Shown here piece after piece: positions 8,842-18,005 of a DNA stretch of 45,500 nucleotides. The translations under genes and the position numbers were made by a program. The notes under the pieces are model-generated. The model was not told the origin of the DNA. It made no database searches and worked only from the letters and a program-made list of their open reading frames with translations. Source of the DNA: Candidatus Peribacteraceae bacterium (GTDB lineage: Bacteria; Patescibacteriota; Gracilibacteria; Peribacterales; Peribacteraceae); the NCBI GenBank assembly GCA_031973095.1, contig DALYDP010000001.1, positions 1 to 45,500 on the forward strand, read 5' to 3'. The first letter of the stretch is position 1, and every line of letters starts with the position of its first letter.

Positions 8842-9194
8842 CCGTCACCCCCTACCAAATCATCGTTCCCGTACTTTCGTTCGTCGCGATCGCGTACGCG
8901 TGGAGTCTTTTCAAGCGTAATAGGAAAACATTGTGGGAGGTCGTCCTTTGGGCGCTCTTTTGGGGGGCAATCGCGGCAATCGCCATGTTCCCGCGATTGC
9001 TGACGTATCTCACGATAGCCACCGGCATCCGCAGTCAGGTGAACGCCGTCATCGTTACGGCCATCGGCGTGCTGACGTTCCTCATGTTCTCCGTAATCGT
9101 GCGGTTGGAGGAGTTGTCCCAGCGGTACGCGAAGATCATGCGCGTCCTTGCGCTTCGGGATGCCGGTTTGGATCAGAGGAAAGAGGGTGATTGA
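8838..9194 (+). CDS. small membrane protein, DUF2304-like
   Basis: 118 aa with 3-4 helices and a charged C-terminal tail. Its size, topology and position immediately after a GT2 match the DUF2304 family as I remember it. Confidence 0.7.
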   Translation: MTVTPYQIIVPVLSFVAIAYAWSLFKRNRKTLWEVVLWALFWGAIAAIAMFPRLLTYLTIATGIRSQVNAVIVTAIGVLTFLMFSVIVRLEELSQRYAKIMRVLALRDAGLDQRKEGD

Positions 9195-9237
9195 CGGATG
9201 GCATTCAGCGAGAACGGTACGGTGGTATGATGTTCGT

Positions 9238-9696
9238 ATGCGCGTTCGTTACGTCGGTGCGGAAGACTTCTTGAAGTCGCTCTTGCTGTATTTCATCGCA
9301 AGCTACATCGCGTTCTTCCTTGCGTCGGGTGGGTGGGTCGCGATCATGTATGTCATCGCCGGTTGGATTCCGTTCGTGGCGTCGTTCGTGATTGCCGGGA
9401 TCGGTGTTGGTATCCAGCATGCTCGGGGTAAGCGATGGCTCCCCATTGATTACAACGCGGTCGCCGTTCTCATCGGCGTCCAAATCGTGGCGCTGCTCCT
9501 GAATCAAGCCGATAACGGTGATGCTCCGGGAAGTTCGTTTTTCCTCGAGCGTATTGTGCCGCCCCTTCGTGGCACGGCGGCCGTTTTCGAGCCGTATTTT
9601 TATTTGTTTTTCGGGGCGTATTTGGTGCTTACCCCCGTGTTCATCGTGTGGTTCGTGAGTCGGGCGACGATCGAAAAGCCCGTTATAAAGACGTAA
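9238..9696 (+). CDS. hypothetical membrane protein (about 4 TM helices)
   Basis: TATGAT (9226-9231, preceded by TGg) lies 6 nt before the ATG at 9238. The hydrophobic-helix pattern is clear, but I recognise no family. Confidence 0.6.
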   Translation: MRVRYVGAEDFLKSLLLYFIASYIAFFLASGGWVAIMYVIAGWIPFVASFVIAGIGVGIQHARGKRWLPIDYNAVAVLIGVQIVALLLNQADNGDAPGSSFFLERIVPPLRGTAAVFEPYFYLFFGAYLVLTPVFIVWFVSRATIEKPVIKT

Positions 9697-9728
9697 AGAC
9701 CCGTCAAGAAGGATGATAGACTGTTTCC

Positions 9729-10880
9729 GTGAAAACGATCCTCTTGGTCACGCCCTATTGGCGCGAACAGCATCGGTGGATGGTCAGCGGTTACAAGCTG
9801 GCCGATTTGTGGCAACGCCTGGGGTATCGGGTCGTGGTCGCGTGCATGGGATCCGAAACGAAAACGGAGAAAGTTTCGCATACGCTTACCGTGCACTCAC
9901 GGAAGGACGTGTTTTTGAAAGACCCGTGGAACTATGGCATCGCCTTCGGGTTCGGCGGATACGTCGCGCGCCTCGCGAAGGAGGAGAAGCCCGACGTGAT
10001 CGTGGTGAACAAGTTGCTCTTCTGGTCGTCACTCGCATCGTTCTCGCTTCGGCTGCGCGGGCATCGCGTCGTTCAGATCACCGACGCGCTCGTGGGCATG
10101 ACATGGTGGCCCCGCTCGCGGTTCGCGAGGGTGTGCGCCGCGATCTACGCGTGGACGCTCGGATGGCTACTTCTGCTCAACGCGTCGCGCGTGGTGTTTT
10201 TCCATCCGCAGCCGGAGGGATTGATTCGCCGGCTCGGCATAGCAGGAAAATCACGGGTCATTCCCACGGGGATTGATCCTGCCAATTACGGAAAGGCGAA
10301 TAGCGATAAGCGAGTAGCGGATAGCGTGTACAAAGAAACTGCTAACCGCTCTGCACTACCCGCTATCGTCATCACGTATGTCGGCCGTCTCGAATCGGTG
10401 AAGGGCGTCGATGATTTCTTGGCGGCCGCCGTCCCGCTGCTCACGGAATTCCCCGACATGAAGATCCAGGTTGCGGGCTGGTATCCCGAAGGCCATCCGC
10501 TCGTGGAACAGTACCAGCGCCAGGTTGCGTTCCTCGGCCTCCAGGACGACGTTCCGGGCGTGTTGGCGGGTACCGACCTCTTCGTGCTCCCCAGCTACAG
10601 CGAAGGCCTCAGCAACGCCCTCATGGAGGCCATGTCGTCGAAGTGCGCGTGCATCGCGTCGGACGTCGGCGGCAATAGGCTCCTCATCGAGAACGGCGTG
10701 TCGGGCCTGCTCTTTCCGGCGGGGGATCGGGAGGCGCTCCGGTCGCATATCCGTCGCGTGATTCAAGACCCCGCGAAGCGCGTGGCGATGGGTGAGGCGG
10801 CCCGCGCCAGGATCGACGCGGTGTTCAGTTGGGAAAAAGTAGGGAAGCAGTACGATGAATTGTTCCGTTCGATTGCATGA
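9729..10880 (+). CDS. glycosyltransferase family 4 (GT-B)
   Basis: Has VGRLESVKG and the ...PSYSEGLSNALMEAMSSKCACIASDVGG...GLLF E-x7-E region. TAGACT (9717-9722, preceded by TGa) lies 6 nt before the GTG start. Confidence 0.9.
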   Translation: MKTILLVTPYWREQHRWMVSGYKLADLWQRLGYRVVVACMGSETKTEKVSHTLTVHSRKDVFLKDPWNYGIAFGFGGYVARLAKEEKPDVIVVNKLLFWSSLASFSLRLRGHRVVQITDALVGMTWWPRSRFARVCAAIYAWTLGWLLLLNASRVVFFHPQPEGLIRRLGIAGKSRVIPTGIDPANYGKANSDKRVADSVYKETANRSALPAIVITYVGRLESVKGVDDFLAAAVPLLTEFPDMKIQVAGWYPEGHPLVEQYQRQVAFLGLQDDVPGVLAGTDLFVLPSYSEGLSNALMEAMSSKCACIASDVGGNRLLIENGVSGLLFPAGDREALRSHIRRVIQDPAKRVAMGEAARARIDAVFSWEKVGKQYDELFRSIA

Positions 10881-11959
10881 AGAAGGTCGTGCTCTACTCG
10901 GCGTTCGTGAGCCCGATGCGCAGCGGGGCGGAGGCGTGCGCCGAAGAAGTCGCCGCGCGCCTCAAAGACCGGTTCGATATCACCATCATCGCCGCGCGCA
11001 TGCGGAAGGACCTGCCGATCGACGACGTGTTGCCCACGGGCGTGAAGGTGAAACGCGTCGGGTTCGGTTCGTCGATCGACAAGTGGCTCTACCCGATTTT
11101 GGCGCCCGCGGCGGCGGCCGCGATCCAGCCGGATATCGCGCACGCGGTGCTCGAATCGTTCGCGGGTTTGGCGATGGTTCTCTCAAAAAATACGCTGCCC
11201 ACAGCCAAAAGGATCCTCACGTGTCAGAGCACGAACACGTCGTTGCTGTTGGCCCCGATGCACCGGGCGGCGCATCGCATCACCGTGATCAGCACGCCGC
11301 TCGTGGAGCGCGCGAAGCGGTTCGGGCGCGACGCCGTGCTCATTCCGAACGGCATCCGGTTTAAGGAGCTTGCGGAGGCCTCCATGGAGAGGGTGCCGGG
11401 GCGGATTCTGTTCGTCGGGCGTCTCGAACCCATGAAGGGGGTGGATACGTTGCTTCGGGCGTTTGCTGCCATGGTTCGTGGCTCGCATTCGCTCGCGCCT
11501 CACCATGACAGCGCGGCACACCTTCGCATCGTGGGTGACGGCTCCGAACGTCAACGTCTCGAACGCATGGCAGTGGAGCTCGGCATCGCCGATCGCGTTA
11601 CGTTCGTCGGCAAAGTGAATCACGATCAGATCGCGTGCGAATACGCGTTCGCGGAAATTTTCTGCGGACTCTCACGGAGCGAAGCGTTCGGCAACGTGTT
11701 CATCGAGGCGCAGGCAGCCGGGTGTGCGGTCGTGGCCACGAACATCGGAGGCATTCCCGACATCGTCCACGAGGGCGTGACAGGACTCCTCGTTCCGCCG
11801 AACGACCCCGGTGCTGCGGCGGAGGCGATCGGCCGGTTGTTCCATGACTCGGCCTTGCGAAGCTGCCTAACCGAGGATGGGAGGAAGAATGCCGCCGGAT
11901 ACGATTGGAACGGTATTTCAGAGCGGTATGCGGCACTTTATGAGGAATTGACTAAATAA
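10877..11959 (+). CDS. glycosyltransferase family 4 (GT-B)
   Basis: Has FVGRLEPMKG and the ...SEAFGNVFIEAQAAGCAVVATNIGGIPDIV...GLLV region. An ATGA overlap links it to the upstream GT4. Confidence 0.9.
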   Translation: MKKVVLYSAFVSPMRSGAEACAEEVAARLKDRFDITIIAARMRKDLPIDDVLPTGVKVKRVGFGSSIDKWLYPILAPAAAAAIQPDIAHAVLESFAGLAMVLSKNTLPTAKRILTCQSTNTSLLLAPMHRAAHRITVISTPLVERAKRFGRDAVLIPNGIRFKELAEASMERVPGRILFVGRLEPMKGVDTLLRAFAAMVRGSHSLAPHHDSAAHLRIVGDGSERQRLERMAVELGIADRVTFVGKVNHDQIACEYAFAEIFCGLSRSEAFGNVFIEAQAAGCAVVATNIGGIPDIVHEGVTGLLVPPNDPGAAAEAIGRLFHDSALRSCLTEDGRKNAAGYDWNGISERYAALYEELTK

Positions 11960-12037
11960 TAAAAATAGTTCAAATTATTTATAAGATTTCAGCCGGAATC
12001 GCCGGCGTCCTATTCGCTCTTTGAAAGGAATGTACCT
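11951..12037 (+). promoter_or_regulatory. AT-rich island, small hairpin and SD-like AAGGA upstream of the orphan ORF
   Basis: About 40 bp of strongly AT-rich sequence (11951-11990) stand out in a GC-rich context. A GCCGG/CCGGC hairpin lies at 11992-12006. AAGGA (12025-12029) lies 8 nt before the ATG at 12038. Confidence 0.35.
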
Positions 12038-12835
12038 ATGGGCCTTACCCGCCCGACCCACGTCCCGTCCACGTTCGACTACTGGGACAACGACGCCACC
12101 AGGTGGCCGGAGTTGTTCCGGGGCAAGCGCCCGTCGCAACGCAAGGAGTATCTCAGCAGTGTTGCGATCGAGAACGGCACGGGCACGGAGCTCCTGCGTT
12201 TTTACGCGGATATCATTTCCCACACCGACTTCGACGTCGCGAAGGCGGTCCAGAACACGACCGAGTTCAAGTATGGCGGTGCGATCAACGTCGCCCTCAA
12301 CCAAGACAGGAAGCTCGGGCTGATCTGGAGCTACCGCCCTGTCGTCCCGCGCGCGAAAATCGACGATTACCGCGTCGCGTGGAAGCGGTTCGCGCATGTG
12401 CCGAGCAAGGAACCGCGTCCTGACTTGGTCGAAGCCTTCCTCGCGGAAGTCGTCCCTATGCTCGGCGACTGGTCCCTCGAGTTCGCTCGAGGCTACGGCG
12501 ACGTCACGAAGACGGCCGTGCAGAACGCCGAGAACGAAGCCGAAGAGGAATTACAAGTTCGCTGCGTCGAACGCTTCGAGCTCGCGCTGATCGGCGAAGA
12601 CATGGCCCAAAATCCCGCGTTGAACTGTTACTGTTTCGCGCGGATGGACGTGAGGGCTAAGCCCAAGGTCGGCCGCGATCTCTGGGAAAAGATAGCGCAA
12701 CGGGCCGAATGGTTGACGCTTTCCGAGCTGGCGCAAGCCTTTCAGGATGGACACGTCCTGGATCCGTACACGTTGACCGCTTTGCAAGCCCTGCAGTTCA
12801 CGCGGCCCGACTTGTACGCCCAGATCGCCACCTAA
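12038..12835 (+). CDS. hypothetical soluble protein, no family recognised
   Basis: 265-aa ORF with balanced, protein-like composition, no TM segments and its own upstream and downstream signals. Confidence 0.65.
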   Translation: MGLTRPTHVPSTFDYWDNDATRWPELFRGKRPSQRKEYLSSVAIENGTGTELLRFYADIISHTDFDVAKAVQNTTEFKYGGAINVALNQDRKLGLIWSYRPVVPRAKIDDYRVAWKRFAHVPSKEPRPDLVEAFLAEVVPMLGDWSLEFARGYGDVTKTAVQNAENEAEEELQVRCVERFELALIGEDMAQNPALNCYCFARMDVRAKPKVGRDLWEKIAQRAEWLTLSELAQAFQDGHVLDPYTLTALQALQFTRPDLYAQIAT

Positions 12836-12888
12836 CCGCGGCATAACAAACCCGCGGAGTTCCCCGGAATTCCGCAATTCCAGTACCG

Positions 12889-12940
12889 CTCCTGTCCCCA
12901 CTAAGGGACAGGAGGAACCAGGACCACTTCGGTGGTCCTT
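12889..12940. terminator. two tandem perfect hairpins between convergent genes
   Basis: The first hairpin is CTCCTGTCCC-cactaa-GGGACAGGAG (12889-12914). The second is AGGACCAC-ttcg-GTGGTCCT followed by TTTGG (12920-12943). Confidence 0.55.
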
Positions 12941-12943
12941 TGG

Positions 12944-13951
12944 TCATGCCCGCTTCCCGAAGAACGCTTCGAGCATCGCCCCCGCCATGATGAGCGGATG
13001 CTTCATCGCGAACTTTTTTACCGCTGCCGAGCCTCCACCCCCCTGCGTTTGCACTCCCGTGCGGGCCTTTTTCCAGCGGTCGAGGTACTTGCGGATCATG
13101 CCCGCCAGCGTGTGTCGTAGGGCCTTTCTGGCGTCGAGGCGGTACTTCGAGGGTAGGAGAGCCACTGCCATCTCCATCGTCTCCAGGCGGTCGTAGAGGC
13201 CTTTTCCCGCGGCTGCGTTGAGAGCCGACGTACCCGAGACGTGCACACGGAATTTGCCGAGCGTGCGCGCTTCGAAGTACCAGTCGCTCTTGGCCAGACA
13301 CCGCGTCCAGTACTCGGCGTCGAGGAACTGCGCCATCGTCGGGTGGAACGTTCCCGCGGCGTCGACGAGGCTACGACGCATGACGACGAAGCTCGGTTCG
13401 CCGATGGCGTTGGGCTTCAGGCCGCGGCTCATCCAGTCGACCAACTCCGGAATGCCTTCGTGCAGGCCCGGTTTCATGGTCTTCATGAATTCCGTGGCTT
13501 CGTCGTAGATCGCTTCCTTCGGGCTGTCGCCCATGAAGAGGTATGAGCGGTTTGCGGAGACAAATCCGACCGACGGATTGTTATCGAGAATTTCGCAGAG
13601 CGTTTTCAGGTACTCCGGTTCCCACACGTCGTCGTAGAAGAGGTAGGCGAGGTACGGTGCGTTCGCGTACGGGAGGCACGCATTCCAGTTCTCGCCGATC
13701 GTCCTGAGCGTGTCACTTTGGATAAAGCGAACCCGCGGGTCTTTGAGATACTCGGTGAGTGATTCCTTCAAGCCTGCCACGGCGTAGTCACGGCGAAGCG
13801 TAGCGGAGCCGGACGAAGCCGGGTCCCACGGCTGGTTGTGGATGATGCATTCCCAGTCCTTTTCGGTCTGAGCAAACAGGGAATCGAGCGCCTGCGTGAA
13901 GTACTCGACCTTCGGTTTATAGACCGGCATGAGGACCGAGACGCGTGCCAT
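12944..13951 (-). CDS. glycosyltransferase family 2
   Basis: N-terminus VSVLMPVYKPKVEYFTQALDSLFAQT, followed by an FYDDVW DXD-like motif. Confidence 0.88.
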   Translation of the reverse strand: MARVSVLMPVYKPKVEYFTQALDSLFAQTEKDWECIIHNQPWDPASSGSATLRRDYAVAGLKESLTEYLKDPRVRFIQSDTLRTIGENWNACLPYANAPYLAYLFYDDVWEPEYLKTLCEILDNNPSVGFVSANRSYLFMGDSPKEAIYDEATEFMKTMKPGLHEGIPELVDWMSRGLKPNAIGEPSFVVMRRSLVDAAGTFHPTMAQFLDAEYWTRCLAKSDWYFEARTLGKFRVHVSGTSALNAAAGKGLYDRLETMEMAVALLPSKYRLDARKALRHTLAGMIRKYLDRWKKARTGVQTQGGGGSAAVKKFAMKHPLIMAGAMLEAFFGKRA

Positions 13952-13952
13952 C

Positions 13953-14765
13953 TTAGTGTGTGGGGAGCGGTTTCTTGCTGCTTGGCGATCCCGCCGGGGC
14001 GCTGCGCCAGCCGTACTTCAGGAAGTACTTCGCGGCGTCCAAGATGTGCGCGCGGCCCGTGCGTTTCTTCAGCATCTTGAGGGGGCTGCCCTTCGAGAGG
14101 CGCGATTCGTTGTGGATCGCCTTCGCGTCCCTGAGCTGCACCACGCGCATCCCGTGGGCCCAGGATTCGCGGCAGAGCGTGATGTCGGACATGAAGAGGA
14201 AGTACCGCTCGTCATGGCCGCCCGTGGCCTCCAGGCACTTCCGCGTCATAAGGAACATGGCGCCCGTGATCCAATCGACTTCTTCCGCTTCATCCGTGAA
14301 CACGATTGACGATTGGCGGTGCACATGCGGCTTGAAGATGCGTCGCCACATCATTTCGAACATTCGGGGGAATGGCCTGGCGCTGTCTTGTTCGTGTCCG
14401 TCGGGGTAGATGAGGCGTGGCGCGGCGATGCCGACATCGGGGTGGCGCTCCATGTAATCGAGCAGTTTCTCCATCGTGTCCTCGTGCATCGTGATGTCCG
14501 CGTTCACCGTGGCGATGTACTCGCCTTTCGACGCTTTATAGCCTTGGTTGTTGCCGAAGACGTAGCCGTCGCGCGGCAGTTCCATGAACGTGACTGGTAA
14601 TCCCTCGGCCGCGGCCCTGTCCACCCGGTCGTTGGCGCTTTGCCCGCCGTTGTTGATGCAGAAAATTTCGGTGTCCACGGGCAGCCGCACTTTCTGCAGG
14701 CTGCGCAAACACTGCGTCGCGTCCTGGGGCTTGTTCGTGTGGAGGATGACGATGGATAGCTTCAC
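13953..14765 (-). CDS. glycosyltransferase family 2 (WbbL/rhamnosyltransferase-like)
   Basis: Has LSIVILHTNKP...CLRSL and ...NAD (the DXD position). TAGACT (14772-14777, minus sense, preceded by TGt) lies 6 nt before the GTG start. Confidence 0.88.
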   Translation of the reverse strand: MKLSIVILHTNKPQDATQCLRSLQKVRLPVDTEIFCINNGGQSANDRVDRAAAEGLPVTFMELPRDGYVFGNNQGYKASKGEYIATVNADITMHEDTMEKLLDYMERHPDVGIAAPRLIYPDGHEQDSARPFPRMFEMMWRRIFKPHVHRQSSIVFTDEAEEVDWITGAMFLMTRKCLEATGGHDERYFLFMSDITLCRESWAHGMRVVQLRDAKAIHNESRLSKGSPLKMLKKRTGRAHILDAAKYFLKYGWRSAPAGSPSSKKPLPTH

Positions 14766-14801
14766 GGCCTAAGTCTAACACCCTTCCCCCAGCCGGGAAC
14801 C

Positions 14802-15041
14802 TCAGATGAACGTTCGGGCCAGGGTGATCGTTTCGTCGTCGAAGTCGGCGTCGTACGGCAGGTTCAGACCGCCGTTGCGGCCCACGATGAACGGTTTGAT
14901 TGTGAACCGCGCGTGGGGGAGCGTTTGCAGGCGTTTGAAATATTCGCATTCGATGTGGTTCGTTTTGTCGTCTGTGTCCAGGTACGCCCGCAGGAGGTGT
15001 TTCGTGAAGAAATCGACCCCGCACTTGTAGAATTGCGTCAC
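14802..15041 (-). CDS. hypothetical protein, possibly the C-terminal part of a split gene
   Basis: 79-aa ORF whose GTG overlaps the upstream stop as GTGA. Its frame stays open at least 17 codons upstream of that GTG. Confidence 0.4.
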   Translation of the reverse strand: MTQFYKCGVDFFTKHLLRAYLDTDDKTNHIECEYFKRLQTLPHARFTIKPFIVGRNGGLNLPYDADFDDETITLARTFI

Positions 15042-15529
15042 ACGGAGCGCGGTCCGAACGTATCGGTCGGGGTGCTCTTCGGCATCATGATCGACGCGGG
15101 TCCCGTGAACACCGTGTCGTCGCCGGCGTGCGCGGCGCGGATGGCATCGAAGTTCTCGATGAACGTCCTGCCGGTCACTTTGTAGAAGTTGCCACCCGGC
15201 CGCAGGTGCGCGCTATGCGTGACGGCGTGTTCGAGCACCTGCCCTTCGCCGAAACTCTTGCCGCGTGTGGAGTATTGGTCGTTTTCTTTCGTGAACAGGA
15301 GCGTTTCCAGCGTCTTCCCATGATCCGCGGCATAGGCCGTGATCCGCGAAAAATCGTCGTCGGTTCCGCTGCCGTCGCAGAAGACGATCGTGTCGATCGA
15401 CGTATCGCGGATCCACTGCACGAGCCCGCAGAGCATTTGCAGCAGGCGCTCGTCTTGGTCCGTGATGGCCTGGAAGGTCGTCGGCGTCCTGATGGCCAAG
15501 CCCATGAGCAGCACGTCGCGTTCGGCCAT
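15038..15529 (-). CDS. hypothetical protein (GKSFGEG and YKVTGR motifs), possibly the N-terminal part of a split gene
   Basis: 163-aa ORF with protein-like composition, lying 1 nt downstream of the RmlC-like gene stop. I cannot name a family with confidence. Confidence 0.55.
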   Translation of the reverse strand: MAERDVLLMGLAIRTPTTFQAITDQDERLLQMLCGLVQWIRDTSIDTIVFCDGSGTDDDFSRITAYAADHGKTLETLLFTKENDQYSTRGKSFGEGQVLEHAVTHSAHLRPGGNFYKVTGRTFIENFDAIRAAHAGDDTVFTGPASIMMPKSTPTDTFGPRSV

Positions 15530-15530
15530 G

Positions 15531-16067
15531 TCAGGCGATGTCCGCGAGGAACGGCAGGTTCATGTCTTTCTCCGACAGATCGACCGGGGGCAACGGCCAG
15601 GCAATGTTGAACGTGGGGTCGCTGAAGCGCACGCCGCCGTCGGCCTCTTTGTTGAACGGCGTCGACACCAGGTAGAACACTTCGCAGTCGTCTTCGAGCG
15701 TTTGCAAACCGTGGACGCAGCCCTTCGGCACGTAGAGCATCTTGTGGTTCTCGGCGCTCAGCTCCACGCCCGCCCATTTGCCGTAGGTCGGGGAATTCGG
15801 GCGCGCGTCCGCCACGACGTCGAAGATCTTCCCCTTCGTGCAGCGCACGAGCTTGGTTTCCTGGTGGGGCGCGCGCTGGTAGTGCAGGCCGCGGATCGTG
15901 CCCGCGCGCTTGGTGAACGACGCGTTGCACTGGTTCACGGTCGGGTCGAGGCCTTTCGCTTTCCATTCCGCTTCGTCGTACATGCGCGCGAAGAATCCGC
16001 GGTGGTCTTCCCGCGGTTCGGGGGACACCAAGAACGCGCCGTCGACCGCCAAAGGCTCGAAAATCAT
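15531..16067 (-). CDS. sugar-nucleotide 4-keto-6-deoxy 3,5-epimerase (RmlC-like cupin)
   Basis: Has HRGFFAR, RGLHYQ, KLVRC.KG.IFDV.VD and the YVP.G..HG pattern. The start at 16067 (MIFEPL) overlaps the rfbG stop as ATGA. Confidence 0.9.
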   Translation of the reverse strand: MIFEPLAVDGAFLVSPEPREDHRGFFARMYDEAEWKAKGLDPTVNQCNASFTKRAGTIRGLHYQRAPHQETKLVRCTKGKIFDVVADARPNSPTYGKWAGVELSAENHKMLYVPKGCVHGLQTLEDDCEVFYLVSTPFNKEADGGVRFSDPTFNIAWPLPPVDLSEKDMNLPFLADIA

Positions 16068-17053
16068 GCCTTCTTCAGGAAGTTTTCGTACCACGCGATC
16101 GTGCGCTTCAGGCCGTCTTCCAGCGTGTATTGAGGGGTCCATCCCAGCTCTTTCCTGGCTTTCGCGGAGCTGAGGTTTTGCTTCAGGATTTCGTTGGGTG
16201 CGTTGTTTTGGATGACAGGCTTCAGATCGCTGCCCATGAGCTTGAGGATGATGTTCACGAGGTCGATGACGCTTACCTCTTTGTCGGTCGAGAAGTTGAA
16301 CGCTTCGCCGCGGATCTCCGGGCGCTGTGCCAGGTGTTCTGCCAACACGCGGTAGGCGTGCGCGCCGTCGCGGACGTAGAAGTAATCGCGGATGAGCGTG
16401 CCGTCGCTACGGAGCACGGGGGCTTCGCCGCGGATGATCGAGCGCACGGTGCCCGGAACGATGCGGCTCCAGTTGAAGTCGCCTTCGCCGAAAAAGTTCC
16501 CGCAGCGGGAGATCGCCACGTTCATGCCGTACGTATGCGCGTAACTTTGAGCGATCATGTCCGTCGCAGCCTTCGACATGTCGTAGGGATTGCGCGCCAG
16601 GAGCGGCATGTCCTCGGTGTAGGGGAGGACGGGTTGTTCGCCGTAGGCTTTGTCGGACGATGCGACCACGACCTGCTCCACGAGGGGGCTGCGGCGGCAT
16701 GCCTCGAGGAGGCACCACGTTCCTTGGATGTTCGATTCGAACGTGGAGATCGGGTTGCGGTTGGCGACGCCCACGATCGCCTGCGCGGCGAGGTGGAACA
16801 CCGTGCGGATGTCATACTCACCGAGGATGCGTTCCATGAGGGCTTGATCCTCGAGTTTTCCATGCACTTTCGTGACCTTTGCCATCGACGGGTTCCACTC
16901 CTGCAAAGGAGACGGCACGTCGTCGCGGATGAGGATGACGACCGACGCGCCCAGTCCGACGAGTTCGTCGACGAGGGCGTTGCCCACGAGCCCGGCGCCG
17001 CCCGTGACGAAGACGGGCCTGTTGGTCCAGGTCATGGGGGAGAGGGCGGACAT
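16064..17053 (-). CDS. rfbG: CDP-glucose 4,6-dehydratase-like SDR
   Basis: Has the Rossmann motif VTGGAGLVG, an SSDKAYG (Asp-Lys) dehydratase-type motif and the YDMSK catalytic Tyr/Lys. It lies directly downstream of rfbF with a 2-nt gap. The ORF is open 5' to 17179. Confidence 0.8.
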   Translation of the reverse strand: MSALSPMTWTNRPVFVTGGAGLVGNALVDELVGLGASVVILIRDDVPSPLQEWNPSMAKVTKVHGKLEDQALMERILGEYDIRTVFHLAAQAIVGVANRNPISTFESNIQGTWCLLEACRRSPLVEQVVVASSDKAYGEQPVLPYTEDMPLLARNPYDMSKAATDMIAQSYAHTYGMNVAISRCGNFFGEGDFNWSRIVPGTVRSIIRGEAPVLRSDGTLIRDYFYVRDGAHAYRVLAEHLAQRPEIRGEAFNFSTDKEVSVIDLVNIILKLMGSDLKPVIQNNAPNEILKQNLSSAKARKELGWTPQYTLEDGLKRTIAWYENFLKKA

Positions 17054-17055
17054 GG

Positions 17056-17922
17056 TCAGGCGACGGGGGAGGCGATGCCCTGCTGTTGCAGGAGGTTCAA
17101 CGCGGCGCGCTTCTTGATGTTCTCCGGGTGGTGCGTGCCGTTCTTCCAGTGCGCCCACGGAGCCGTGCCGGCGTCCCACAGCTCGTTGAGGTGCAGGTAT
17201 TCGCGGTACGTGTCCATGGCGTAGAAGAAGCCGTCGTGGTTGAAGGCCATGAGTTGGCGATCGGCCGTGAGGGCTTCCATCACCTGCTTTTCGAGCACTT
17301 GGGAGGGGTCGTTCTTGGTGTAGTCGAAGACGCCCGGTTCGAACACGAAGTAGCCGGCGTTGATCCAGCTGTTGGTGTCCGGCTTTTCGGCGAAGCTTTC
17401 GACGAGGCCGTTCTCGGCGGTCTTGATGATGCCGAAGCGGGAGATCGTGCGCACGGAGGTCACCGTCGCGAGGCGGCCGTGGCTGCGGTGGAACGCGAGG
17501 AGTTTGTCGAGATCAACGTCGCAGAGGCCGTCGCCGTAGGTGCAGAGGAACGTTTCGTTGCGCAGGTGGCGCTGGACGCGCGCGAGGCGGCAGCCGGTCA
17601 TCGTTTCGAGACCCGTTTCCGCGAGCGTGACGCGGAAGTCGTGCTCTTCGCTTTGGTCATGGTATTGCAGTTTGGATTGTTCGCCTCCGAGGTCGACCGT
17701 CACGTCGCCGTTCATGGCGCGGTAGTTCAGGAAGTAGTCCTTGATTTGCTCGCCTTTGTAGCCGAGCGGCAGGACGAATTCCTTGTGCCCGAAATGGGCG
17801 AAGGTTTTCATGATGTGCCACAGGATCGGACGACCGCCGACCGAAACCATCGGTTTGGGACGGGTTTCCGTTTCCTCGCGCATCCTGGTGCCTTGACCGC
17901 CGCAAAAAATGACGACTTGCAT
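17056..17922 (-). CDS. rfbF: glucose-1-phosphate cytidylyltransferase
   Basis: From the internal start ([26 protein letters not shown]...) it is colinear with RfbF. TATACT (17931-17936, minus sense, preceded by TGg) lies 8 nt before the ATG. There is a C-terminal extension of about 30 aa. The ORF is open 5' to 18264. Confidence 0.9.
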   Translation of the reverse strand: MQVVIFCGGQGTRMREETETRPKPMVSVGGRPILWHIMKTFAHFGHKEFVLPLGYKGEQIKDYFLNYRAMNGDVTVDLGGEQSKLQYHDQSEEHDFRVTLAETGLETMTGCRLARVQRHLRNETFLCTYGDGLCDVDLDKLLAFHRSHGRLATVTSVRTISRFGIIKTAENGLVESFAEKPDTNSWINAGYFVFEPGVFDYTKNDPSQVLEKQVMEALTADRQLMAFNHDGFFYAMDTYREYLHLNELWDAGTAPWAHWKNGTHHPENIKKRAALNLLQQQGIASPVA

Positions 17923-18005
17923 ACACGCGAAGTATACCAGCCACAAGGGGGGAGTACAGGTCGTTTTTCGCTCCTCACGGCTCATTTTCGGGTAGGATGG
18001 TTTCG
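17923..18005. promoter_or_regulatory. divergent promoter region between rfbF and a GT4 gene
   Basis: TGgTATACT (minus sense) lies 8 nt before ATG 17922. TAGGAT (17993-17998) lies 7 nt before ATG 18006. No SD is present. Confidence 0.5.

Noticed and set aside
17997-18005. The ATG at 17997 as the start of the GT4 gene, as listed in the ORF track.
   Set aside because: That ATG lies within the TAGGAT -10-like hexamer. The ATG at 18006 gives the canonical GT4 N-terminus (MRVVLATG) at 7-nt spacing.
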